A stretch of DNA of 64,000 bases. It comes from Streptococcus parasanguinis (GTDB lineage Bacteria; Bacillota; Bacilli; Lactobacillales; Streptococcaceae). Below are positions 45,464-56,542 of this stretch, one piece after another. Made by a program: the position numbers and the translations under genes. Numbering within the stretch: position 1 is the first letter of the stretch; every line of letters begins with the position of its first letter. The stretch spans positions 10,842 through 74,841 of the forward strand of contig JAWGIA010000003.1 of NCBI GenBank assembly GCA_032560535.1. Direction: 5' to 3'. The notes beneath the pieces were generated by a model. It did no database searches. It saw only the letters and a program-made list of their open reading frames with translations, and was not told the origin of the DNA.

Positions 45464-46606
45464 ATGAAGAATGAAATGCTCGCTTTAATTCTTGCCGGAG
45501 GGCAAGGAACACGTCTTGGAAAATTAACCAAAAACATCGCGAAACCTGCGGTTCAATTTGGTGGGCGCTATCGGATTATCGATTTTGCTCTCTCAAACTG
45601 TGCCAACTCAGGAATTCACAATGTTGGTGTGATTACACAGTATCAACCACTTGCCCTTAACAGCCATATTGGGAATGGTTCCAGCTGGGGCTTGGATGGA
45701 ATCAATACAGGTGTGTCTATTCTCCAACCTTATTCAGCTAGTGAAGGAAATCGGTGGTTCGAAGGAACTAGTCATGCGATTCTCCAAAATATCGATTATA
45801 TCGACAGCATCAATCCGGAATATGTCTTGATTCTATCTGGGGACCACATCTACAAGATGGATTATGATGACATGCTTCAAGCACACAAGGATAATAACGC
45901 AAGCTTGACTGTTGCCGTCCTAGATGTCCCTTTGAAGGAAGCAAGCCGTTTTGGAATCATGAATACAGATGCTAATAATCGGATTGTCGAATTTGAAGAA
46001 AAACCAGCGGAACCAAAATCTACCAAGGCTTCCATGGGGATTTACATCTTTGACTGGGCTCGTCTGCGCAATATGTTAGTTGCTGCTGAAAAGAGCGATA
46101 TCGATATGTCAGACTTCGGTAAAAATGTCATTCCAACGTATCTAGAATCAGGCGAAAGTGTTTATGCTTATGAATTCAATGGTTATTGGAAAGACGTTGG
46201 TACGATTGAGTCTCTTTGGGAAGCCAATATGGAATATATCGATCCAAATAATGCCTTGGATAGTCGCGATCGTCACTGGAAAATCTATTCACGCAACCTT
46301 ATTTCACCACCAAACTTCTTTGGGGAACATGCTCACATCGAAGATTCTCTTGTAGTCGATGGTTGTTTGGTAGACGGTACAGTCAAACACTCCATCTTAT
46401 CAACAGAAGCTCAAGTTCGTGAAGGAGCAGTTGTTGAAGATGCTGTCGTGATGAGCAATGCCGTTATCGGTAAAGGAGCTGTCGTGAAACGCGCGATTAT
46501 CGGAGAAGGTGCAGTCATTGCAGACGGTGTCGTGATTGATGGAACAGAGGAAGTACAAGTTGTCGGTTACAATGAAAAAGTGGGGGTAGCAACAGATGAA
46601 GATTGA
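45464..46606 (+). CDS. glgC: Glucose-1-phosphate adenylyltransferase
   Basis: 380 aa with LAGGQGTRL and a C-terminal left-handed beta-helix. Confidence 0.95.
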   Translation: MKNEMLALILAGGQGTRLGKLTKNIAKPAVQFGGRYRIIDFALSNCANSGIHNVGVITQYQPLALNSHIGNGSSWGLDGINTGVSILQPYSASEGNRWFEGTSHAILQNIDYIDSINPEYVLILSGDHIYKMDYDDMLQAHKDNNASLTVAVLDVPLKEASRFGIMNTDANNRIVEFEEKPAEPKSTKASMGIYIFDWARLRNMLVAAEKSDIDMSDFGKNVIPTYLESGESVYAYEFNGYWKDVGTIESLWEANMEYIDPNNALDSRDRHWKIYSRNLISPPNFFGEHAHIEDSLVVDGCLVDGTVKHSILSTEAQVREGAVVEDAVVMSNAVIGKGAVVKRAIIGEGAVIADGVVIDGTEEVQVVGYNEKVGVATDED

Positions 46607-47732
46607 TAAATATTCAGCCATTTTAGGAAATACAGTTGGGTATCATGATATGTCCACTTTGACCAGCCATCGTCCGGTAGCATCCCTACCATTTGATGGG
46701 AAATACCGCTTGATTGACTTCCCGTTGTCTAGTCTTGCGAATGCTGGTATTCGTAGTGTTTTTGGGATTTTCCAACAAGAAAATATTAGTTCGGTCTTTG
46801 ACCATATTCGTTCAGGTCGTGAATGGGGCTTGTCTACTTTATTGAGCCACTATTACCTCGGAATCTATAATACTCCAGTTGAAAATACAACGGTAGGGCC
46901 AGAATACTACCAACAATTATTGACCTATTTGAAACGGTCTGGTTCCAACCAAACAGTTGCTTTAAACTGTGATGTTTTGATGAATATTGACCTCAATCAG
47001 ATTTTCCACCTTCATAATACCATCGATCGTCCGATTACAGTGGTTTATAAGAAGTTGCATCTTCAAAATATCTCTGAAGTCAATGCTGTCTTGGAAATTG
47101 ATGAATCAGACCATGTTACAGATCAAAAACTTTTTGATGGTAAGAATCCGGATGAAGTCTACAACATGTCAACAGATGTCTTTATTGTGGACACTCCTTG
47201 GTTGATTGAAAAAATTGAAGAAGAAGCTAAGAAAGAATACCCACAAAAATTGCGCTATATCTTGCGTGATTTGGCGGTGGAATACAATGCTTTTGCCTTT
47301 GAATATACAGGTTACTTAGCCAATATTCATTCAGTTGAATCTTACTACCATGCAAACTTGGATATGTTGGAAAACCAAAAATTCATGAAGCTCTTTTCAC
47401 CAAATCAAAAAGTGTATACGAAAGTGAAGAATGAAGAACCAACGTATTATTCCAAGACATCACATATTAAAACGTCTCAATTTGCTTCAGGTAGTATTGC
47501 AGAAGGAACCGTTGAACGTTCCATTGTTTCACGTCGGGTACGCCTTCATGAAGGTTCAGAGGTCCGCAGTAGTCTTCTCTTCCCTGGTGTAGTGGTTCGT
47601 GAAAATGCAATCGTTGAACATGCTATCCTGGATAAGGGGGTCGAAGTGGCTGCTGGCGTGACGATTCGTGGTACAGAGGAAACACCTGTCGTGGTTAAAA
47701 AAGGAACGATTGTTACAGAGGATATTGTCTAA
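46596..47732 (+). CDS. glgD: Glucose-1-phosphate adenylyltransferase regulatory subunit GlgD
   Basis: 378 aa. It is a GlgC paralogue lacking the GGxGxR motif. It overlaps glgC by 11 nt and glgA by 1 nt. Confidence 0.9.
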   Translation: MKIDKYSAILGNTVGYHDMSTLTSHRPVASLPFDGKYRLIDFPLSSLANAGIRSVFGIFQQENISSVFDHIRSGREWGLSTLLSHYYLGIYNTPVENTTVGPEYYQQLLTYLKRSGSNQTVALNCDVLMNIDLNQIFHLHNTIDRPITVVYKKLHLQNISEVNAVLEIDESDHVTDQKLFDGKNPDEVYNMSTDVFIVDTPWLIEKIEEEAKKEYPQKLRYILRDLAVEYNAFAFEYTGYLANIHSVESYYHANLDMLENQKFMKLFSPNQKVYTKVKNEEPTYYSKTSHIKTSQFASGSIAEGTVERSIVSRRVRLHEGSEVRSSLLFPGVVVRENAIVEHAILDKGVEVAAGVTIRGTEETPVVVKKGTIVTEDIV

Positions 47733-49159
47733 TGAAACTATTATTTGTTGCAGCTGAAGGAGCACCGTTTTCTAAAACAGGTGGTTTGGGAGACGTTATT
47801 GGCGCTCTTCCTAAATCCTTAGCGAAAAGTGGTCATGATGTGCGCGTGATCCTCCCTTACTATGATATGGTAGAGGCTAAGTTTGGAGATCAAATCGAAG
47901 ATGTCTTGCATTTTGAGACCAAGGTTGGCTGGAGAAGTCAATATGTTGGTGTGAAACGCATTGTGCGCGATGGAGTCACCTTTTACTTTATTGATAACCA
48001 ACACTATTTCTTTAGAGGTCATGTCTATGGTGACTTCGATGATGGGGAACGCTTTGCCTTCTTCCAGCTCGCGGCCTTAGAAACGATGGAACGGGTTGAC
48101 TTCATTCCAGATGTTCTTCATGCCCATGATTACCATACGGCGATGATTCCTTTCTTGCTGAAGGAAAAATACCGTTGGATTCAAGCTTATCATGGAATTA
48201 AAACAGTATTGACTATCCATAATTTGGAATTTCAAGGTCAGTTTGACCCAGGAATGTTGTGGGATCTATTCGGAGTTGGATTTGAACGCTATGCAGATGG
48301 AACGCTTCGTTGGAATGATTGTCTGAACTGGATGAAAGCCGGTATTCTATATGCTGACCGTGTAACAACCGTTTCTCCTAGCTATGCGCATGAGATTATG
48401 ACTGCTGAATATGGTTGTGGCTTGGATCAGATCCTTCGGATGGAGTCTGGCAAGGTGACCGGAATTGTAAACGGGATTGATGCGGATCTGTATAATCCTG
48501 AAACGGATCCACTCTTGACCTATCACTTCAGTCTCTCAGATCTTTCAGGTAAAGCAGCTAGCAAATGTGCTCTTCAAGAACGTGTCGGTCTGCCTGTTCG
48601 CGATGATGTACCTTTGTTTGGAATCGTCTCTCGTTTGACACGTCAAAAAGGTTTTGATGTTGTAGTAGAAGAGTTGCATCAACTCTTGCAAAAGGATATT
48701 CAGATTGTCTTGCTCGGTACAGGAGATCCTGGATTTGAAAATGCCTTTGCTTGGTTTGGTCAAGCCTACCCAGACAAACTTTCAGCCAACATCACCTTTG
48801 ATGTTCAATTGGCCCAAGAAATCTATGCAGCGTCAGATGTCTTCTTGATGCCAAGCCGCTTTGAACCATGTGGCCTTTCTCAAATGATGGCCATGCGCTA
48901 TGGAACCCTTCCTTTAGTACATGAAGTCGGCGGACTTCGTGATACGGTTCAACCGTTTAATGCTGTTGATGGAAGTGGAACAGGCTTTAGCTTCAATAAT
49001 TTGTCTGGCTATTGGTTTAACTGGGCAGTTGATGAAGCCTTGGCTGTCTACTACAATGACAAACAGGCTTGGTATGGTCTGCAAGAGCAAGCTATGACGC
49101 GTGACTTCTCATGGGATACGGCTAGTCAACGATACAATGATTTGTACCAATCCTTATAA
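47732..49159 (+). CDS. glgA: Glycogen synthase (ADP-glucose type)
   Basis: 475 aa with the N-terminal motif [16 protein letters not shown]. Confidence 0.95.
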   Translation: MKLLFVAAEGAPFSKTGGLGDVIGALPKSLAKSGHDVRVILPYYDMVEAKFGDQIEDVLHFETKVGWRSQYVGVKRIVRDGVTFYFIDNQHYFFRGHVYGDFDDGERFAFFQLAALETMERVDFIPDVLHAHDYHTAMIPFLLKEKYRWIQAYHGIKTVLTIHNLEFQGQFDPGMLWDLFGVGFERYADGTLRWNDCLNWMKAGILYADRVTTVSPSYAHEIMTAEYGCGLDQILRMESGKVTGIVNGIDADLYNPETDPLLTYHFSLSDLSGKAASKCALQERVGLPVRDDVPLFGIVSRLTRQKGFDVVVEELHQLLQKDIQIVLLGTGDPGFENAFAWFGQAYPDKLSANITFDVQLAQEIYAASDVFLMPSRFEPCGLSQMMAMRYGTLPLVHEVGGLRDTVQPFNAVDGSGTGFSFNNLSGYWFNWAVDEALAVYYNDKQAWYGLQEQAMTRDFSWDTASQRYNDLYQSL

Positions 49160-49175
49160 ATAGATCTATAATACA

Positions 49176-49197
49176 AACGCCTTTCGAGGCGTTTTTT
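49176..49197 (+). terminator. Rho-independent terminator after glgA
   Basis: AACGCCT-ttcg-AGGCGTT then TTTTT. Confidence 0.8.
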
Positions 49198-49392
49198 GGT
49201 TTGCTTTCTTCCTATAAAGAAAACGGTTTATTTTTTTGAGTTTTAGAGCTTGCTAAAATAGAAGAAAAAAGATAAGATAGGTAAAGGTAAAAAATCCCGG
49301 GAAGGTTCTTATTTCTGGAAAGGATCCCATCCTCTCTAAAAATAATCAGGTCCCTGCTCGAGGGTTAAATATTACTATATAGGAATTTTAGG

Positions 49393-52300
49393 ATGAAAAA
49401 AGCGAAACAAACGTTTGAAAAAATGACCAAATATTCGATTCGAAAATTATCTGTCGGTGTTGGTCCGGTAGCCATTGGAGCCTTTTTATTAGGAGGAAGC
49501 CTGTTAGGGGCTCGTCCTGTACATGCAGATCAGGTGACCCTACCTGCTCATGTGCACTTAGGATATGTGACAGAAGAAGAGCTAACCGCTGAAGAAAAAG
49601 CACAGGTGATTCATGCAATCCCTGAAGCATATCAAAATGAAGATACTTTCTATCTTGTCTATAAGAAGAAGGAAGCAAGTCAGTCGGTTCTTCCTCAAAC
49701 AGGAAGTCAGGAAGTTGCCCTCTTTGGCCTAAGTCTAGCCACTGCTTCCTTTGCGGTCCTCTTACTCTCTAAAAAGCACCGGAAGAAGGTCATGGGCGTC
49801 CTTTTGATTGGAGCCATGGGACAAAGTCTTCTACTTCCAGTTGAAGTCGTAGCGCTACAAAATCAAGTCTTGCGCACCTATAATCAGGATCTTGCGATCG
49901 CATCGAGCAAAGATCTTGCAAATGGCGTGATTCAAATTGACGGCTATGACTATATTGGTTATCTGCGCTACCCGTCAGTCCAAAAGACGAGCTTACAAGA
50001 GCCAAAGGCTATGCAGGAAACGAAACCTTCTGTAGAAGGAACGATCAAAACAAGTACAGGGATTCCACAAGTGGAAGCACAAGCGCGTGTGACCCCAGAA
50101 GTCGCACCAGCCTTTCCTCAAGTTGAAAAACCAAGCCTGGAAGTCTCTACTGAGCCTGTGCCATTTGAAACTGTCAAACAAGCTGATCCCACATTAGCTA
50201 AAGGGCAAACCAAGGTGCTGACTGCTGGTCAAAATGGGGAGCGGACCCTATTGACAGAAGTGAGTGTGGTAGATGGACAAGAAGTTCGCAGAGTCGTTGA
50301 AAGCAAGGTCACTAAAGAACCAGTTTCACAAATTCTTGCTGTCGGGACAAAAGAAGATGCCCAACCAACCCCTCAACCCAGTCCTTCTCCAGTTGTAACG
50401 GCTAAGGGGACACAAGAAGAAGGTCATGTCGGTGAAGCTCCTGTTCAACCAGAGAACCCAGCCTATACAGGTGTGGTGGAAGCCAAAGGAACACAAGAAG
50501 AAGGTCATGTCGGCGAAGCCCCTATTCAACCGGAGAACCCAACCTATACAGGTGTGGTGGAAGCCAAGGGGACACAGGAAGAAGGTCATGTCGGTGAAGC
50601 TCCTGTTCAACCGGAGAACCCAACCTATACAGGTGTAGTAGAAGCCAAGGGGACACAAGAAGAAGGCCATGTCGGCGAAGCCCCTATTCAACCGGAGAAC
50701 CCAACCTATACAGGTGTGGTAGAAGCCAAAGGGACACAAGAAGAAGGCCATGTGGGAGAAGCTCCTGTTCAACCGGAGAACCCAACCTATCAAGTAACGG
50801 AAGGGACGGTAACAGAGACAGAAACAGTAATCCTTCCATATGAAACCGAGTATGTAGCGGATGCCAATCATTACACAGATGAAGAAAGCCTTCTTCAGAA
50901 AGGCGAGGCTGGTAGTCAGGAGATTCGTCGTGTTTATAAGACGGTCAATGGTGAGAAGATTGGCGAGCCCGTGAGCACGACAACTGAAACGGTAAAAGCT
51001 CCTGTGACAGAAAAAATTAGTCGTGGGACTAAGGCGATTGAAGGCCAAACAGAGGATGTTTCGTATGAGGAAATTCCATTTAAGACGGTAACCGAACAAG
51101 ATGCCACCTTGCTAAAAGGATCAGAAAGGGTTTTTCAAGCCGGTAAAAATGGGAAGAAGAAAATCACCAAGGTTTACAAGACCATCAAGGGGGTTAAAAC
51201 GGCGGATGCCCCAACGGTTACGGAGGAAGTAGTTGAACAGGCGCAAGATCAGATCATTCAACAAGGGACCAAAGAACTTGACAAGCCAACCTTAACTTTG
51301 ACCCAGGTCGATAAGGAAGAATTGAAGCGCAGTGCCAAAGCTACTTATCATTTGGACAAACCGGAAGGTGTTACTATTAAGTCCATCCAGGCTGTATTGA
51401 AGAAGGGCGACCAAGTGGTGAGAACTTTTACCCTTTCAGAGACGGACTTAGCAGCTGCTTTAGCGGACTTGGACTACTACAAGGATTATACGCTCGCAAC
51501 GACCATGGTGTATGACCGTGGAAATGGGGATGAAGAAGAAGTTCTCAAGGAAGAACCACTGAGAATTGATCTTAAAAAAGTTGAAATCAAAAACATCAAG
51601 GAAACCAGTCTGATTAGCGTGGATGACCAAGGTCTTGAGATCGATAGCAGCCTCTTGTCTGAAACACCATCAGATGTGAAGCCTTACTACTTAAAGGTCA
51701 CTACCCATGATAATAAGGTTACAAAACTAGCCGTTGATAAAATTGAAGAAGTAACGGTAGATGGCGTGACCCTCTACAAAGTAACAGCCAAAGCTCCTGA
51801 TCTCATCCAACGGACTGCGGACAACCAGTTCAGTGAGGACTATATCCACTATATTGCGAAACCAAAAGCACATGAAGGTGATGTCTACTACAATTTCAAC
51901 GAACTTGTAAAAGCCATGCAAGCCAATCCGACTGGAACCTTTAAACTGGGTAGCAATATGAATGCGGCTAATGTCCAGCCAGCAGGGAAATCCTATGTGA
52001 CCAATGCCTTCAAGGGAATTTTGGAAAGTACGGATGGAAATAAATTTGCCATCCATAACATTACAAGACCATTATTTGGAAACATCGAAGGTGGCTCGGT
52101 TAAGAATCTCTTGCTTGAAAATGTCAATATTGACCTACCTGGGACAGATCGAGTAGCACCAATCGCAGGTGTCATCAAAAACAATGCAACTGTTGAAAAT
52201 GTTAAAGTAACAGGAAGTGTTGTTGGGAACAATGACGTAGCAGGGATCGTCAATAAAATTGATGGTAGTGGGAAGGTCAGCAATGTTGCCTTTATCGGGA

Positions 52301-55300
52301 AACTGCACGCTACTGGCAACAAAGGTGGCTATCTAGCGGGTGTTGTTGGTGAGAACTGGAAAGGTGTCGTTGAAAAAGCTTACGTTGATGCTGAAATCAC
52401 TGGGAACAAAGCCAAAGCTGCAGGTCTCGTTTATTCCTCTCAAAATGGTGGAAATAACCACACAGTGGGTAAAGAAGGGGTTCTCAGAAACTCCGTTGCT
52501 AAAGGTTCAATTGAACTCAAAGAAGCAGTTCAGTCTGGTGGATTACTAGGGACCAACTGGGCCTTGGGGACTATTGAAGACAACATCACCATGATGAAAG
52601 TCAAGACGGGTGAGATGGTCTTTGGTCACTCAGATATTGACGCAGATGATTATTTCACCTATTCAAGAACCAAGCGCAATTACAGTGTGGAAGGCGTGAG
52701 TGAAGGGAAGAAAACCTTTAACAACTCCCGTAAAATCCCTAGCATTACCCTTGCAGAAGCTGAGCAGAAGATTGAAGCAATGGGAATCACTGCTGATAAA
52801 TTTACCAGCAGCAAACCGATCGAAGATACGCTCAATCACCTTGTTGGCAAAGACGATCAATACAAGGCCATCACTGCTTACGATGCGACTCGTGAGCTAG
52901 CTTACCGCAATATTGCTAAATTGCAACCTTTCTACAACAAAGAATGGATTGTCGACCAAGGAAATAAATTGGCTGCGACTAGTCCTCTCTTGACCAAGGA
53001 AGTCTTGTCTGTGACGGCCATGAAGGGCAATGATTTTGTAACAGAATTGGCTGATGCCGACCACATTCTGATCCATTACTCGGATAAGACAAAAGATATC
53101 TTTAGCATTTCACCGAAAGATTCAAAAGTCAAACAAGTGAAAGAGTACAGTGTGGCGGAGCTCGGTGAAGTGGTCTACACTCCAAATATGGTGGACAAAG
53201 ACCGGAGCGATCTCATCAGTGCCATCGTAGAGAAATTAAGTCCTGTAGAATTGCAATCAGATCCAATCTACACTCACTTAGGTAGAACAGGACCTAACAA
53301 AGTCAATGCTATTAAGAACATTTATCTTGAAGAATCCTTCAAAGAGGTGAAGGATAATTTGACTCACTTTGTGAAACAGTTGGTTGAAAACCAAGACCAT
53401 CAATTAAACACAGATGAGGCTGCCAAACGGGCGCTTATCAAGAAAATTGAGGATAACAAGGCAGCGGTTCTCCTGGGTCTCTCTTATCTCAACCGTTATT
53501 ACGGAGTGAAGTTTGATGATGTCCATCTCAAACAGCTCATGTTGTTTAAACCAGACTTCTATGGTAAGAATGTTGATGTCTTAGACCGCTTGATTGAAAT
53601 TGGTTCAAAAGAAGACTATATCAAAGGGACTCGGACCCACGATGCCTTTCGTGAAGTCGTAGCTAAATCGACTCTTTCTGGAAATCTTAATGACTTCCTG
53701 AAGTACAATATGGAGCTCTTTACAAGTGATAGAGACTTGAATGATTGGTTTATCAAAGCAACCAAAGACAATGTCTATATTGTAGAGCCTGAGACGACCA
53801 ATCCAGCGTTCGCATCTGCTAAGCATAGAGCCTATGAGGGCTTAAACAATGATGTTCACGGTAAAATGATCTTGCCACTCTTGAACTTAAAAGATGCCCA
53901 TATGTTCTTGATTTCAACCTACAATACAATGGCTTATAGTTCCTTTGAGAAATATGGTAAGAACACGGAAGCGGAACGAACTGCTTTTAAAGCGGAAATT
54001 GACAAGGTGGCTAAAGGACAACAGAATTACCTAGATTTCTGGTCACGTCTCGCAACGGATAAGGTTCGCAATCAACTCTTGAAGAGCAATAACATGGTTC
54101 CGACCCCTGTCCTTGATAACCAAAACTACAAGGGTATTAGTACAGATCGCTATGGACATACCAACAGTGGCAAGGATGTCGCTCCAATCCGTGAATTGTA
54201 TGGCCCAACCGATCGTTACCATGCGACAGATTGGCGGATGGGAGCAGTGGCGCGAATTTACGGAAATCCATATAAAGACGACTCTGTCTTCTTCATGGTG
54301 ACCGATATGATCAGTGACTTTGGAGTCTCTGCCTTCACGCACGAAACAACGCACGTCAATGACCGTATGGTTTACTTAGGTGGTTGGAGACACCGCGAAG
54401 GAACTGATATTGAAGCCTTTGCCCAAGGCATGCTCCAAACACCATCCGTATCCAATCCAAATGGGGAATACAAGGCCTTGGGTCTCAACATGGCCTATGA
54501 ACGTCCAAATGATGGAAACCAATGGTACAATACCAATCCAAATGATCTCACTTCACGCGAGGAGATTGATCGGTACATGAAAGGCTATAACGACACCCTC
54601 ATGCTTCTGGATTACCTGGAAGGAGAGGCTGTCCTCAATAAAGGCAGTCAAGCATTAAACAATGCTTGGTTCAAGAAGGTTGATAAGCAATACCGAGGGG
54701 CTAATACCAAAAATCAATTTGATAAGGTGCGTCCTTTGAGTGATGAGGAAAAAGCCATCACCTTACATTCAGTAGATGATCTCATCACCAACAACTTCAT
54801 GACCAATCGTGGTCCTGGAAATGGTGTCTATAATCCATCAGACTTTGGCTCAGCCTATGTGACGGTGCCGATGATGACAGGGATCTATGGTGGAAACACC
54901 AGTGAAGGGGCTCCTGGAGCCATGTCCTTCAAACACAATACCTTTAGACTCTGGGGCTACTATGGTTATGAAAAAGGCTTCTTAGGCTATGCTTCAAACA
55001 AGTATAAACAAGAATCCAAACAAGCAGGTCATGCGACTTTAGGGGATGATTACATCATTCAAAAGATTTCTGATGGAACATTCAGTACCCTTGAAGACTG
55101 GAAGAAAGCATACTTCAACGAAGTGGTGACCAGTGCTAAAAATGGACTTCAGGCTATTGAAGTTGATGGGACTACTTATAGCACTTATGATGACTTAAAA
55201 CAAGCCTTTGCAACTGCGGTTGAAAAAGATCAGGCCAGCTTGAAGAATGGTTCTGTCAAATTTGACAATACCCTTGCCTTGAAAGAAAAAATCTTTAAGA

Positions 55301-55347
55301 AATTACTGCAACAAACAGACAGTTTCAAAACGTCTATCTTTAAATAA
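49393..55347 (+). CDS. M26-family zinc metalloprotease (IgA1-protease / ZmpB-like), 1984 aa
   Basis: YSIRK-type signal (KYSIRKLSVGV), N-terminal LPQTG followed by two hydrophobic segments, three G5-like domains, a 27-aa tandem repeat, and HETTH (54340-54354) with a downstream Glu. I cannot tell which Zmp paralogue this is. Confidence 0.9.
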   Translation: MKKAKQTFEKMTKYSIRKLSVGVGPVAIGAFLLGGSLLGARPVHADQVTLPAHVHLGYVTEEELTAEEKAQVIHAIPEAYQNEDTFYLVYKKKEASQSVLPQTGSQEVALFGLSLATASFAVLLLSKKHRKKVMGVLLIGAMGQSLLLPVEVVALQNQVLRTYNQDLAIASSKDLANGVIQIDGYDYIGYLRYPSVQKTSLQEPKAMQETKPSVEGTIKTSTGIPQVEAQARVTPEVAPAFPQVEKPSLEVSTEPVPFETVKQADPTLAKGQTKVLTAGQNGERTLLTEVSVVDGQEVRRVVESKVTKEPVSQILAVGTKEDAQPTPQPSPSPVVTAKGTQEEGHVGEAPVQPENPAYTGVVEAKGTQEEGHVGEAPIQPENPTYTGVVEAKGTQEEGHVGEAPVQPENPTYTGVVEAKGTQEEGHVGEAPIQPENPTYTGVVEAKGTQEEGHVGEAPVQPENPTYQVTEGTVTETETVILPYETEYVADANHYTDEESLLQKGEAGSQEIRRVYKTVNGEKIGEPVSTTTETVKAPVTEKISRGTKAIEGQTEDVSYEEIPFKTVTEQDATLLKGSERVFQAGKNGKKKITKVYKTIKGVKTADAPTVTEEVVEQAQDQIIQQGTKELDKPTLTLTQVDKEELKRSAKATYHLDKPEGVTIKSIQAVLKKGDQVVRTFTLSETDLAAALADLDYYKDYTLATTMVYDRGNGDEEEVLKEEPLRIDLKKVEIKNIKETSLISVDDQGLEIDSSLLSETPSDVKPYYLKVTTHDNKVTKLAVDKIEEVTVDGVTLYKVTAKAPDLIQRTADNQFSEDYIHYIAKPKAHEGDVYYNFNELVKAMQANPTGTFKLGSNMNAANVQPAGKSYVTNAFKGILESTDGNKFAIHNITRPLFGNIEGGSVKNLLLENVNIDLPGTDRVAPIAGVIKNNATVENVKVTGSVVGNNDVAGIVNKIDGSGKVSNVAFIGKLHATGNKGGYLAGVVGENWKGVVEKAYVDAEITGNKAKAAGLVYSSQNGGNNHTVGKEGVLRNSVAKGSIELKEAVQSGGLLGTNWALGTIEDNITMMKVKTGEMVFGHSDIDADDYFTYSRTKRNYSVEGVSEGKKTFNNSRKIPSITLAEAEQKIEAMGITADKFTSSKPIEDTLNHLVGKDDQYKAITAYDATRELAYRNIAKLQPFYNKEWIVDQGNKLAATSPLLTKEVLSVTAMKGNDFVTELADADHILIHYSDKTKDIFSISPKDSKVKQVKEYSVAELGEVVYTPNMVDKDRSDLISAIVEKLSPVELQSDPIYTHLGRTGPNKVNAIKNIYLEESFKEVKDNLTHFVKQLVENQDHQLNTDEAAKRALIKKIEDNKAAVLLGLSYLNRYYGVKFDDVHLKQLMLFKPDFYGKNVDVLDRLIEIGSKEDYIKGTRTHDAFREVVAKSTLSGNLNDFLKYNMELFTSDRDLNDWFIKATKDNVYIVEPETTNPAFASAKHRAYEGLNNDVHGKMILPLLNLKDAHMFLISTYNTMAYSSFEKYGKNTEAERTAFKAEIDKVAKGQQNYLDFWSRLATDKVRNQLLKSNNMVPTPVLDNQNYKGISTDRYGHTNSGKDVAPIRELYGPTDRYHATDWRMGAVARIYGNPYKDDSVFFMVTDMISDFGVSAFTHETTHVNDRMVYLGGWRHREGTDIEAFAQGMLQTPSVSNPNGEYKALGLNMAYERPNDGNQWYNTNPNDLTSREEIDRYMKGYNDTLMLLDYLEGEAVLNKGSQALNNAWFKKVDKQYRGANTKNQFDKVRPLSDEEKAITLHSVDDLITNNFMTNRGPGNGVYNPSDFGSAYVTVPMMTGIYGGNTSEGAPGAMSFKHNTFRLWGYYGYEKGFLGYASNKYKQESKQAGHATLGDDYIIQKISDGTFSTLEDWKKAYFNEVVTSAKNGLQAIEVDGTTYSTYDDLKQAFATAVEKDQASLKNGSVKFDNTLALKEKIFKKLLQQTDSFKTSIFK
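50401..50790 (+). repeat. In-frame 81-bp tandem repeat, about 4.8 copies, inside the metalloprotease gene
   Basis: Units start at 50401, 50482, 50563, 50644 and 50725. Each encodes AKGTQEEGHVGEAP(V/I)QPENP(A/T)YTGVVE, and V/I variants alternate. Confidence 0.95.
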
Positions 55348-55354
55348 TCGAATT

Positions 55355-55385
55355 CTCTCATCTGCTGAGCAGGTGAGAGTTTTTT
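55355..55385 (+). terminator. Rho-independent terminator after the metalloprotease gene
   Basis: CTCTCATCTGC-tga-GCAGGTGAGAG then TTTTT. Confidence 0.85.
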
Positions 55386-55513
55386 AGAAGAAAAAATGAA
55401 TAGAGGTGGACAAAGTGTCTAAAAATTAAAAGGAATCAATCGTAGGTCGGAAAAATTATCATATTAAAAAAATAACGTAATTTAACAAAAACGCTTTCTT
55501 TTCTAGGAAATAT

Positions 55514-55542
55514 TTGACTATTATATCTTTTAGGAGTAAACT
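55514..55542 (+). promoter_or_regulatory. atp operon promoter candidate
   Basis: TTGACT 55514-55519, 17-nt spacer, TAAACT 55537-55542. An alternative is a -10 TATTAT at 55519-55524 with a weak -35 TTTCTT at 55495-55500. Confidence 0.45.
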
Positions 55543-55575
55543 AAGGAGGTAAAATTTATAAAAGGAGAATTCATC

Positions 55576-55776
55576 ATGAATTTAACATTTTTAGGTCTTT
55601 GTTTAGCCTGCTTTGGTGTATCACTGGCAGAAGGTTTGATGATGAGTAGCTTATTGAAATCTGCGTCTCGTCAACCAGAAATTATCGGTCAATTGCGTAG
55701 CCTCTTGATTCTTGGTGTTGCCTTTGTCGAAGGTACTTTCTTCGTAACCTTGGTTATGGCCTTTATTATCAAATAG
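55576..55776 (+). CDS. atpE: F0F1 ATP synthase subunit c
   Basis: 66 aa hairpin proteolipid, first gene of the operon as in streptococci. Confidence 0.93.
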   Translation: MNLTFLGLCLACFGVSLAEGLMMSSLLKSASRQPEIIGQLRSLLILGVAFVEGTFFVTLVMAFIIK

Positions 55777-55809
55777 ACGCTTCTATTTTAGAAAAGGAGG
55801 TGTCAAACC

Positions 55810-56523
55810 TTGGAAGAAAGTATCAATCCAACGATTACTCTTGGACCTGTATCTTTTAATTTGACCCTACTTGCTATGACCCTGATTTCTGTTTTCGCCG
55901 TTTTTGGCTTCATTTATTGGGCCAGTCGAAAAATGTCGATCCGACCAAAAGGCAAACAAAATGTGCTGGAATACGCATATGACTTTGTCGTAGGCTTTAC
56001 AAAAGGAAATATTGGGGAACATTACATAAAGGACTATTCCTTGTTCTTGTTTGTTCTTTTCCTCTTTCTTTTAGTAGCCAATAACATTGGATTGATGGCT
56101 AAAATCGAAACGACCAATGGTTACAATTTGTGGACATCACCAACCGCTAACCTGGGTTATGACTTTGCCTTTTCATTTTTGATCACCTTAATCGCCCATG
56201 TAGAAGGAATTCGCAGACGTGGTGTGAAGGAATATTTAAAGGCTTTTGTGACACCCGGATTTATGACCCCCATGAATATTTTGGAAGAATTAACGAACTT
56301 TGCCTCCTTGGCACTTCGGATCTTCGGAAATATCTTTGCGGGTGAGGTACTAGCAAGCTTGCTTGTGACTTTGTCGCATCAAGCTGTTTATTGGTATCCA
56401 TTTGCCTTTATTGGAAGCATGGCGTGGACAGCGTTTTCGATTTTCATTTCATGTATCCAAGCCTATGTGTTTACCATGTTGTCATCAATTTATATTGGTA
56501 AGAAAATTAATGGCGAAGAGTAA
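55810..56523 (+). CDS. atpB: F0F1 ATP synthase subunit a
   Basis: 237 aa with a TTG start 9 nt after [17 protein letters not shown] carries the conserved Arg region. Confidence 0.95.
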   Translation: MEESINPTITLGPVSFNLTLLAMTLISVFAVFGFIYWASRKMSIRPKGKQNVLEYAYDFVVGFTKGNIGEHYIKDYSLFLFVLFLFLLVANNIGLMAKIETTNGYNLWTSPTANLGYDFAFSFLITLIAHVEGIRRRGVKEYLKAFVTPGFMTPMNILEELTNFASLALRIFGNIFAGEVLASLLVTLSHQAVYWYPFAFIGSMAWTAFSIFISCIQAYVFTMLSSIYIGKKINGEE

Positions 56524-56542
56524 GTAGAGGAGGAGTAGAAGA

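Noticed and set aside
49240-49260. GTTTTAGAGCT..., identical to the first 11 nt of the S. pyogenes Cas9 CRISPR repeat, folding as TTTTAG-agcttg-CTAAAA
   Set aside because: It is a single copy, with no repeat-spacer periodicity and no cas genes in the window. A short AT-rich hairpin like this is plausibly coincidental.
49296-49362. Cluster of SmaI (CCCGGG 49296), BamHI (GGATCC 49322) and XhoI (CTCGAG 49357) sites within 70 bp upstream of the metalloprotease gene, reminiscent of a polylinker
   Set aside because: The flanking sequence is not vector-like, and the sites are separated by ordinary AT-rich promoter DNA. Three 6-mers is weak evidence, so I treat this as coincidence.
50326-51099. 257-aa minus-strand ORF with an internally repetitive sequence
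   Set aside because: It lies entirely antisense to the metalloprotease tandem repeat, and its periodicity simply mirrors the 81-bp units. It has no SD or promoter. I treat it as an artefact.
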